Positions 38,908-47,488 of a stretch of 58,420 bases of DNA are shown here, piece after piece. The notes under the pieces are model-generated. The model worked only from the letters and a program-made list of their open reading frames with translations, was not told the DNA's origin and searched no databases. The position numbers and the translations under genes were made by a program. The stretch comes from Myxococcota bacterium. GTDB lineage: Bacteria; Myxococcota_A; SURF-8; G963663525. Where the stretch lies: positions 1-58,420 of the forward strand of contig CAXXVK010000055.1 in NCBI GenBank assembly GCA_963676915.2, in the 5' to 3' direction. Position 1 is the first letter of the stretch, and every line of letters starts with the position of its first letter.

Positions 38908-39954
38908 TTACTCCAGATCCAGAACGACTTTTCCGCATTGGCCGGTCCGCATCAATTCAAAACCTTCCAGGTAGTCGTCGAAAGCGAAACGGTGGGTGAT
39001 GATCGGGTCCACGTTGAGCGCTCCCGAGCGGAACAGTCCCGCCATACGCAACCAGGTGTCCCAGATTTTCCGTCCGGTGACACCGTACAGGCGTAAAGCG
39101 CGAAAGACGATTTTTTCGCTGATGTCGAGCGGCACCTGCTGCGAAGGCAACCCCAACAGCACGACATGTCCCGCCGGATGCACGGTATCGAGGGCGTCGT
39201 TGACCGCCTTGGGAGAACCGGAAATCTCGATAGCCACATCCACACCGTAACCGTTTGTATGTTTGCGAATATACTCGATGGGATCTTGACTTTTCGCGTG
39301 AATCACATGATGTGCGCCGACTTCCATGGCCAGGCGGCTGCGGTAGGCGTTATCCCATTCCACGGCGAAAATCTGCGAAGCGCCGATGGTTTTCAGGACA
39401 CTGATCGCCAACAGTCCCACAGGTCCGCAACCGAATACGGCGACGGATTTGGTGGTGCAATCGGTCTGGAACACGGCATGCACCGCGTTTCCCAGAGGAT
39501 CTTGGATGGCGGCGTGCGCCGGATCGAGATCCGCATCATTGTGCCAGACGTTGCGTTCGGGAATCACCACGTATTCGGCAAACGCGCCGTCCACGTCGTA
39601 ACCGATGCCCTTCCAATCGCGGCAGACATGGCCTTCTCCGGTGCGGCAGCGCTCGCAGAACCCGCAGACCAGATGCCCTTCTCCGGTAACGTAATCACCC
39701 ACCTGGACGTGCTCGACGTGCGCGCCGACTTCGACCACCTCGCCCGCGAATTCATGACCCAGAATCCGGGGAGTTTTGACACGCTGCTGAGACCAGGCAT
39801 CCCAGTTGTAGATATGGAGATCGGTCCCGCAAATGGACACGGCGCGGGTGCGAATCATCACGTCCGTGGCTCCGACATCGGGGATGGGAACGTGTTTCAA
39901 TTCCAGAGCTTCCGGTTCAGGTCGGGTTTTCACCAGGGCTTTCATGGACTTCAT
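38908..39954 (-). CDS. tdh: L-threonine 3-dehydrogenase
   Basis: ICGTDLHIYNWDAWSQ, GHEF, GEGHLVCGFCERC, DPLGNAVH, GVTGR, GKVVL. Confidence 0.9.
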   Translation of the reverse strand: MKSMKALVKTRPEPEALELKHVPIPDVGATDVMIRTRAVSICGTDLHIYNWDAWSQQRVKTPRILGHEFAGEVVEVGAHVEHVQVGDYVTGEGHLVCGFCERCRTGEGHVCRDWKGIGYDVDGAFAEYVVIPERNVWHNDADLDPAHAAIQDPLGNAVHAVFQTDCTTKSVAVFGCGPVGLLAISVLKTIGASQIFAVEWDNAYRSRLAMEVGAHHVIHAKSQDPIEYIRKHTNGYGVDVAIEISGSPKAVNDALDTVHPAGHVVLLGLPSQQVPLDISEKIVFRALRLYGVTGRKIWDTWLRMAGLFRSGALNVDPIITHRFAFDDYLEGFELMRTGQCGKVVLDLE

Positions 39955-40031
39955 ATCACGTACCTTCCTTCCATCGGATCGTCAAAATCGTATCGAATCG
40001 CTTCAAATCATATAAAAAGATGCACGTTCGT

Positions 40032-42608
40032 TTACCGTTGGATGTCGAATACCAGTTGTCTCGCGGAATCTCCACCCTCGACGATGAATGTCGCCACCGC
40101 CGTCGAACCGTCCGCAACCTCCAGCACACCCGTTCCAACCACCTTGATCCGTTCGCGTCGCGTTCCCGTTTCGAGAATGCAGGGCGCGGAAGAATCCGTC
40201 GATGGACAAACCGGCACACTGTTTCCCTGCCACGAATACGTCACCGTGGCCAAATCACCCATTTCCGTAAGTTGTTCGAGTCGATAAGTCAATCCCTTTT
40301 TCTCGCGAAACTCTCCACTCGCCCCAAGAAAGACTTTTACGACACGATCATCTCCCACGCTTTCCGGTCCCAAAACCTCGTCCGAAGCGTTGGCCAGAGT
40401 CATCACACCGTCCGGGAACATGGGAATCACGCCGCCCGCTCGCACCAGAACGGGGATTTCCGTCCATGATGCATCGAGTGTGATGTTCGTTTCTCCCTGC
40501 GTCGGACCATCTTCATCATCCCAGGTAAACCAAGAGCCTTTCGGCAGATACACTTCTCGCGAGAGCGCACCTTCGGTCATCACCGGGGCGATCATTACCG
40601 CATCTCCGACCATGACCTGATCGTTGATCGGCCAGACCTTTTCATCCTCGGGAAACGCCGTCCCCAACCCGCGCCAGATCGACAAGCCCGTTTCGTGAGC
40701 GATCTTGGCCAGACCTTCCCAATACGGAACGAGATTCATGTGAAACGCGGCCCAGCGACGGAAATGCTCCACGGTTTCGTCATCGGATTCCCAATTCCAG
40801 TTGAGATTCGCTTGCTTGCCGTGGTGGGTACGCATGACCGGCGACCACGCGCCCAATGTCGTCCAACGGAAAAACAACTCTTTGGTGGCCGGTGGATTGG
40901 TGTTGTTGACGGCCTGATATCCGGCGATGTCGTGGCCGTAGGTTGAAACACCCACCACACCCAAACCGATACCGATCGGTAGAATCGTTGGCATACCATC
41001 GTCTTCCCAAAAGGCCGTTCGTTGATCGGCGGCCCAGATCACATCAGCCAGTTCCGGCGTTCCAAAATAGCCGGAGCGAGAAAAAAACAGTCGCTCCACA
41101 CCATCCGTCCGTTCGTCGATCGCCTCCCGTTGAACCTCCTGCCACTGAACCGGGTGCAGGTTGTGCTGGTCCATGCCGTTACCGCCGGTGGTTTGCGCCG
41201 TGACGGGCATCCACTCGCCGAAATCGCCCATCCAGCCGTCCGCGCCCAGATCCATAGCATCGTCCAGCTTGCTTTTAGCCCATGTACGCGCCTCGGGATC
41301 GGAGAGATCCACAAGACTGCAATCGCTGAACTTATGACCGAGAAACGTGAATGGATCGCCGTTGTCATCCTTTATCAGATAGCCGTTGGGAGCGGTTTCG
41401 TTCCAAACGTTCGCATTTTTGTAGATAAAAGAGTTGAAATACACGAAAAATTTGAATCCCGAGTCGTGCAGGTCGTCGGCCAGATCCTCGAAGTCCGGGT
41501 ACAACGTGCGATCCACTTCCCATTCTTCGGTCAGCACGTAATCGTCACCGCTCCAGTATGCCCCTTTCCAGTCCTCGGACCAGATCACGGATGAAGGAAT
41601 GTTTTTCTCCCGCAATTTCAAAGCCACGCGGCGGACGTTTTCCGAACCGTAGGTGGCATCCAGCCAGGGAGCGAAAGCGAAACTCGGCGGTTGCCTCGGA
41701 CGCCCGAAACGAGCCGTGGCGCGTTCGATGGCTTCCGGGTAGGTGGGACCGTTGAACAGATGGAGAGCAGAGGGAGTTTCGATCTCCACGCGGGCGGTTT
41801 GTTCGTTTTCGGAACAAAGTGCGAAAATGGCACGCAGATTCGTTTCCGCGGTGAGAATGTAACCTCTTCGTGACCAGTATTGTGGAATCGGGATGTGTGC
41901 CGAATGCCTACGCCCGGTTCCCAGTAACCAGGACGTATCGTATTCGTCGTTCTCCACTTTTCCCAGTCCTTGTTCTTCAACCCACGTTGGAACGGTGAAG
42001 CCTCGATGATCCACGTCCCAGCTTTGCGAACCGAATCCCATGAAGTGGTCGTCGCCATCGCAGGCGAATCCCCAGCTGAAACGGCTTCCGGCCTCTTGCG
42101 GCTCGATGGACATCTGCAAATGTCCTTCGTCGGGAGAGGTGAAAATCAACAAAGCCAGCACGCGACCGTCCGCCGCATCGAGCGCAAAAGTGATTTCGCC
42201 GTCCTTGTGATCGGCCACTCGTAGTTTGGAAGCGACAAGCCACGGTCCATTGGCCTCTTCGATGGGTCGGAAACTTCCGAATTTTTCCTCGAAACTCAGA
42301 TCAATGTCCCGTACCGCAAAACCGCTATCGGTGGGCTTGTCACCTTCCACCGGAGCGGCACCCAAACCCTGGAGAAGCAATCGGCCATCCGGTGCGATAA
42401 TGTCCAACTGTGCGGATTCAAAGGTAAAATCCAGCAGAAAACCACCGACCTCGTAGGTGGACAGCGGCGTAGGCTCCTCGTCGCCGGAGGGTGTGTCGGT
42501 ATCGCCGCCTGAGTTGTCCGAATTGTCGCTGCAAGCCGTCAATAAACCTGTCGCAATCACGATCAGTACAAAAGCCATGAACTTTCTTACTTCTCGAACC
42601 TTTTCCAT
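40032..42608 (-). CDS. GH31 glycoside hydrolase lipoprotein (YihQ-like clade)
   Basis: Lipobox LTAC; WMGDFGE nucleophile; WAADQ acid/base; HDIAGY, KELFFRW, MRTHHG. Confidence 0.88.
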   Translation of the reverse strand: MEKVREVRKFMAFVLIVIATGLLTACSDNSDNSGGDTDTPSGDEEPTPLSTYEVGGFLLDFTFESAQLDIIAPDGRLLLQGLGAAPVEGDKPTDSGFAVRDIDLSFEEKFGSFRPIEEANGPWLVASKLRVADHKDGEITFALDAADGRVLALLIFTSPDEGHLQMSIEPQEAGSRFSWGFACDGDDHFMGFGSQSWDVDHRGFTVPTWVEEQGLGKVENDEYDTSWLLGTGRRHSAHIPIPQYWSRRGYILTAETNLRAIFALCSENEQTARVEIETPSALHLFNGPTYPEAIERATARFGRPRQPPSFAFAPWLDATYGSENVRRVALKLREKNIPSSVIWSEDWKGAYWSGDDYVLTEEWEVDRTLYPDFEDLADDLHDSGFKFFVYFNSFIYKNANVWNETAPNGYLIKDDNGDPFTFLGHKFSDCSLVDLSDPEARTWAKSKLDDAMDLGADGWMGDFGEWMPVTAQTTGGNGMDQHNLHPVQWQEVQREAIDERTDGVERLFFSRSGYFGTPELADVIWAADQRTAFWEDDGMPTILPIGIGLGVVGVSTYGHDIAGYQAVNNTNPPATKELFFRWTTLGAWSPVMRTHHGKQANLNWNWESDDETVEHFRRWAAFHMNLVPYWEGLAKIAHETGLSIWRGLGTAFPEDEKVWPINDQVMVGDAVMIAPVMTEGALSREVYLPKGSWFTWDDEDGPTQGETNITLDASWTEIPVLVRAGGVIPMFPDGVMTLANASDEVLGPESVGDDRVVKVFLGASGEFREKKGLTYRLEQLTEMGDLATVTYSWQGNSVPVCPSTDSSAPCILETGTRRERIKVVGTGVLEVADGSTAVATFIVEGGDSARQLVFDIQR

Positions 42609-42804
42609 GGTTTATCTCTTTTTTTCGATCAATTCGTGATTTCTTCACCTGTGAGGAGGTGTAGCATGTTCTTTGGAGAAGGAACAGGTTATTTCAAGGA
42701 ATCCTATTCGTTGTCTGCTTCACATAATATTGAAGAAAAAATGGGAGCCAATGGTTCTCAGTTTCCACCTTTTCGAGAGACTCACAATGAATTGAAGCCC
42801 TTTG

Positions 42805-42853
42805 AAATAAAAAAGCCTGTCGGTCAACGCGGTAACCGGCAGGCTTTTATTTT
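42805..42853. terminator. Intrinsic (bidirectional-type) terminator
   Basis: AAAAGCCTGTCGGT...ACCGGCAGGCTTTT stem with A/T tracts, just after the stop at 42869. Confidence 0.8.
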
Positions 42854-42868
42854 CGGTTCGTAAAGGAA

Positions 42869-45800
42869 TCAGTCGGGGACTTGTTCCTCAGCGCACTGGC
42901 CATCCTGATCGACGTATCCGGGGTTGCAATTACAGGCCGGATCGCGACCGTCCATGGTACAGATATTCTTGTTGGGTTCGGTGCAGGGATTGATGGTGCA
43001 ACGGTTGCCGCAACTGGGGAAGCACATGCCTTTATGCACCACTTCGGAGAGGTCGTAGCCATAGTCGTCGTTCAACTGTTGGAGATAGGGATCGGAATAG
43101 TTGATCGGCGAGCCGCAGTAGCTTCCGGAAGGACAACCCGGTAACACTCCATTGTAATCGCACGGACCCCATACCTCACCAAAACCGAAGGGATTTTGCG
43201 GAGCATCATAGTTGCTGTAGCTGGAGGGGACACAAACGAACACACCCCATGACTCTCCCAAGTCGTCCACGAGATCCATGCAGGAGAGCAACTCACCCGC
43301 GAGATCCGAGGGACAACGTGGCCGGTCGGTGCTGTAACCGATCGACGAAAAATCGAGGTCGGGACAGCTTGACAGGTTCACGATATCCTGCTGCGCTTCG
43401 CAGGCCGGGAACTGGTATTCATTGGGCGGCGGTCCCGTCGGACGAATGCGAGGATCGAAATCGTTGCAGTCGTAGGCTTTGTCTTCACCCAGCGTCGGAT
43501 CGCCGTAGGCCGTCCAGCCGTCGCCATCCAGGTCGGTGAAGTACCCGTCGCAGTTGTAGTCGATCAGTTTTTCGTCAACCGTCTGCTCGATTCTATTGGC
43601 GGCGAAATCGGTGCAGAATTCGGCCAGTCGGGTATCTCCGTCATAATAGAGCGTATTCACGATGCTTTCGCTATGTGTCGATCCTGGGAAAACCTCGGGG
43701 TTGTCATCGTCGCAGTCGGAGCATTCAACCGGCTCGCCTTCGGCGTTGAGCACGCCCTCGGATTCGAGGCAATGGTCCACCGAGCCGAAACCGTCCAAAT
43801 CCTTGTCGATAATGATGTCATCGCAGTTTTCATCCACCAGATTGCTACCGACTTCCGGCATGCCGGGATTGATTTCGGCTATCGTGTCTTCGCAATCGCC
43901 TTCTTTGTCGGCACCCAAATAGGTATCACCCTCGATGGTCCAACCGTCGCCATCCATATCCGAAGCGATTCCGTCGCAGTTTTCGTCCACGGTGTTTCCG
44001 GCTTCATCTTCCACGCCGGGGTTGATTTCGAAGATCGTATCCTCGCAGTCGCCTTCTTTGTCTTCACCCAGATACGTATCCCCTTCGACCGTCCAGCCAT
44101 CGCCGTCACGGTCGGAGGCGATGCCGTCGCAGTTTTCATCCACATCGTTTCCTGTGGTGTCGATTACCCACGGATTGATATCGAAGATCGTGTCGGCACA
44201 ATCGCCTTCTTTGTCTTCTCCGAGGAAATCGTCCCCTTCGACCGTCCAGCCGTCACCGTCGCGGTCGGAAGCGAAACCGTTGCAATCTTCGTCGTATTCG
44301 TTGGCCGTGGTTTCCTCATCGAGCAGAGCGCAGGGATTATCCTGGCATAATTCGTTCCATAGCTCGGCATCATCGGGATAAAACTCCCAGGCGATGAGCT
44401 GGTCGTCTTCGCAATCGTTGTATTTTTTACAAACTCCTGCGTCACAAATCCGGCTTCGGCATTCGGCATTTTCGTTGCAGGCTTTGCCGGAGTCGCAGGG
44501 CTGACAATCGCCACCGCAATCCACGTCGGTTTCGGTGCCGTTTTTCACGCCATCGCTGCAATCGGAGGCCTGACAGACGCTATCCGTGCAAACCAGACTG
44601 ACGCAATCGCTGGCCACCGCACAGGTTTTTCCGTCGCCGCAGGGATCGCAGAACGTTCCGCCGCAGTCCACGTCGGTTTCATCCCGGCTGGTCACGCTGT
44701 CTTCGCAGGTCGCCGGAACGCAGGTGTCCAGACAATGGTCGTGATTGTCAAGGTTGCCGTCGTCGCAGGTTTCGTGACCCGCCCAGAGAAACCCGTCGCC
44801 GCAGGTCGCGGCCAGACAGGTATCCAGGCAATCGTCGGTGTTGTCGTCGTTGGAGTCGTCGCATTCCTCAGCCCAGAAATCATAGTAGGTATCGCCGCAA
44901 ACCGTTTCGGGCAACACGAGATTGACGGTGATGTAACCGGGTTTCGACTCCATCGGGTCGTGGTTCTCATCGATGTAGCCGTCCGTGAAATAGTAGCCGA
45001 TATCGGCTTCGGAGTATTCCACGTTGTTGTAGACCGGCGGCTCGTAGATCACGAAAAGCTTGTCCTCGGAGAGGCTCATCCTCCCCTTGATGGTAATGCG
45101 TTCCTCATTGAAATTGTTCACGGTCAACAGGGTTATGGGAGCGTCGGGATAGTAGGTGTCGTGCCACAGCGTGTCCCAATAATCGTTCGCCAGAACATCC
45201 AGTTGAGCGGGACCGCGATTGAATTCCACATCGAATTCGTCGGAAACGCCCCGGGGAACGTCGTAGCCCAGTTTCACGGTGACCGTCGCCGTTTCCTGTA
45301 CCGTGTCGGTACCGATGGTGTAGGTAAAGGTTTCGAATCCCTTGAAATCCTCCGCAGGCTGGTAGACGACTTTATGCAGGTCGTCGGTTACGCCCACCTG
45401 GCCGCCGTTGTCCGGTGTGCCGACTTCCAGAATCGTGGGAACGCCGGAGATCGAGTCCGAATCGTTGGCCGTGACATTGAAGCGGGCCGGAGGCGAATTC
45501 AGCGGCAGGGCATAGTGGTCCCCGGCTGCGATCAACTCGGGTGCGAGCGGTTCCTCGTCGTCCAGTTTCGCCCCGGAAAACGAAGCCCACATCGCCAACG
45601 ACATGGCATCGAGTACTTCCACATCGTCATCGGGGTTCGAATCGATGTCCGCGAACTGCCCCATGTTTTCCATGAGAACGCACAGCGGAATCAGATTGGT
45701 ACAGACAAATCCGTACAGTTCTTTTACACAGTCGTCACCCGGATTGCTGCTGGGTTCGTCGTTTACGCCACTGACATCCTGGGCGCAACTCACGGCGATT

Positions 45801-46897
45801 TTTCCATCTTTGACTTCGTGCGTAATTACGGGTTGTGTCTGATCGAGACCGCCGCAATCGCAATCGCTGGCCAACTCCTGCATTTTGTCGGCTACGTCGG
45901 CGATCATCATATACCCGCCGACCCGCACGCCGCCGAGCACACCCCAGAACTCGTCTTCGTTATCAACCGATTGCAGCTTCCGCGCCCGATCCACCGAGCG
46001 CAGTTTGCCGTTTTCGTCGATCAACGGAGCCACCATCTTGAAATTGATGATGTTGAGCGGGAACGGCGTACCATCGGGAAGAGCGATATTAAAGGTGATG
46101 CGATCCGCTTCGGTGACGAGATCCACCGAACCGTCGTTCTTTTTGCTTCCCGCGAGATAGGCGCGATTCAACTGGTTACCCGGACCGTAGCCACCCGCGA
46201 ACGTTCCTCGATTGACTTTGTATACGCCGTTGCCCTGGATGCGCTCCGCCATGGACTGGTCACGGCCACCGTCGAAGTCGAGATCTCCTTCGCCTTCCAG
46301 CATCGCCACTTGGGCCGGTCCGCACATATCCAACGGAAGTTCCCGATATTCCACGAGATAATTCGTCATGTCCTTGTCGATGGATTTCTGAATTTCCGGC
46401 GAGATATCGAGTTCGGTATCCGGCATCAGCACACGCAACAGGGTCAATAATTCACCCATGCGGTCGTCCGGGTCGCCATCCTTGTTGTGGTCGAACCCCG
46501 TCTCGGTACCGCCGCCGAACTCCACCGGAACCTGAAGCCGGGACAAGTAACTGAGTCTGCTGGAGAATTCGTAATTTTCCGCATCGATCGGAGCGACGCA
46601 TTTCGTATTGATGCACTTTTCGTCGCCCGAACAGTCGGCGTCCTCAGCACACTCCGGCTCGGCGTAGGTACAGAAGGGTTCGTCATCTTCGATACCCTCT
46701 TGTCCGTCGTCCTCGGTTTGATCGACAACCTCCTCATCTCCCCCGGTTTCCCCGAGATCGTCGTCCGCGACCGGCTGATCTCCTCCCGGATTCTGCGTAT
46801 TGTCTCCTCCACCGGAACATCCCGAAAGGAAACCGAGAATCAGAATGGAAATCATAAAGATCAGGAAAAGCCCTGAATTTGCAAGTCGGTGTTTCAT
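42869..46897 (-). CDS. Large surface lipoprotein with Ig-like, myxobacterial Cys-rich, MopE-like and EGF-like modules
   Basis: Lipobox LSGC; NVTAND...YQPAEDFKGFETFTYT Ig-like domain; EECDDSN/ETCDDGN repeats; ETDVDCGG repeats; DGDG...DC.D...INP...DENCDG repeats; CNCNPGY EGF-like end. Confidence 0.85.
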   Translation of the reverse strand: MKHRLANSGLFLIFMISILILGFLSGCSGGGDNTQNPGGDQPVADDDLGETGGDEEVVDQTEDDGQEGIEDDEPFCTYAEPECAEDADCSGDEKCINTKCVAPIDAENYEFSSRLSYLSRLQVPVEFGGGTETGFDHNKDGDPDDRMGELLTLLRVLMPDTELDISPEIQKSIDKDMTNYLVEYRELPLDMCGPAQVAMLEGEGDLDFDGGRDQSMAERIQGNGVYKVNRGTFAGGYGPGNQLNRAYLAGSKKNDGSVDLVTEADRITFNIALPDGTPFPLNIINFKMVAPLIDENGKLRSVDRARKLQSVDNEDEFWGVLGGVRVGGYMMIADVADKMQELASDCDCGGLDQTQPVITHEVKDGKIAVSCAQDVSGVNDEPSSNPGDDCVKELYGFVCTNLIPLCVLMENMGQFADIDSNPDDDVEVLDAMSLAMWASFSGAKLDDEEPLAPELIAAGDHYALPLNSPPARFNVTANDSDSISGVPTILEVGTPDNGGQVGVTDDLHKVVYQPAEDFKGFETFTYTIGTDTVQETATVTVKLGYDVPRGVSDEFDVEFNRGPAQLDVLANDYWDTLWHDTYYPDAPITLLTVNNFNEERITIKGRMSLSEDKLFVIYEPPVYNNVEYSEADIGYYFTDGYIDENHDPMESKPGYITVNLVLPETVCGDTYYDFWAEECDDSNDDNTDDCLDTCLAATCGDGFLWAGHETCDDGNLDNHDHCLDTCVPATCEDSVTSRDETDVDCGGTFCDPCGDGKTCAVASDCVSLVCTDSVCQASDCSDGVKNGTETDVDCGGDCQPCDSGKACNENAECRSRICDAGVCKKYNDCEDDQLIAWEFYPDDAELWNELCQDNPCALLDEETTANEYDEDCNGFASDRDGDGWTVEGDDFLGEDKEGDCADTIFDINPWVIDTTGNDVDENCDGIASDRDGDGWTVEGDTYLGEDKEGDCEDTIFEINPGVEDEAGNTVDENCDGIASDMDGDGWTIEGDTYLGADKEGDCEDTIAEINPGMPEVGSNLVDENCDDIIIDKDLDGFGSVDHCLESEGVLNAEGEPVECSDCDDDNPEVFPGSTHSESIVNTLYYDGDTRLAEFCTDFAANRIEQTVDEKLIDYNCDGYFTDLDGDGWTAYGDPTLGEDKAYDCNDFDPRIRPTGPPPNEYQFPACEAQQDIVNLSSCPDLDFSSIGYSTDRPRCPSDLAGELLSCMDLVDDLGESWGVFVCVPSSYSNYDAPQNPFGFGEVWGPCDYNGVLPGCPSGSYCGSPINYSDPYLQQLNDDYGYDLSEVVHKGMCFPSCGNRCTINPCTEPNKNICTMDGRDPACNCNPGYVDQDGQCAEEQVPD
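43808..44266 (-). repeat. Three tandem 153-bp (51-aa) MopE-like repeats
   Basis: DxDGDGWTxEGDxxLGxDKEGDCxDTIxxINP...GNxVDENCD repeated three times. Confidence 0.85.
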
Positions 46898-47488
46898 GAT
46901 ACGAGCCTTTCAAAAAGATAGATATCCACTTTTATTTAGGTAAAAAAAAGATTGAAGAACTTCCCTCCCCCTTTGTCCATGTTAATGATGGACATTTATT
47001 ATCTAAAAATCTTAAGCTTGGGTCAAGAGTTAATGGCATTCACTGTCAACAAAAGATGCGTCACAAAATACAGCGACTGTAGAAATTTTTTACGTTTTTC
47101 TGGTGCCGTCTTCGTCTTTGCAAAGTTGGTTTGCTACGCACCAATCCCCTTTTTCGGCAGGTTTACACCTCGTGACTACAACCAAAAGAACGAAAGTTTC
47201 ATCATCAGTGCGCCAATTGGCTGGACTTCGCGATGCATCCGTCAACAAACGACAGATGGTCTTTCATGATCGTTCTTTACCATCTGTAACATCAATAGGT
47301 TACGACATTTCCCAATCATCTTTGCCGGACATCGATGGCTAGGAGACTTGCTGCGGTATGGAGTTCGTTCCGATAGGTGCGCACAATTCTTTCATTCGTC
47401 TGAAAACGATAACGTTTTTCGTTACCCCCCAACGTCTAATTGTGTTACAAGTAGGATGAATTATTAGCTTTTTTATCCGGGAGACATC

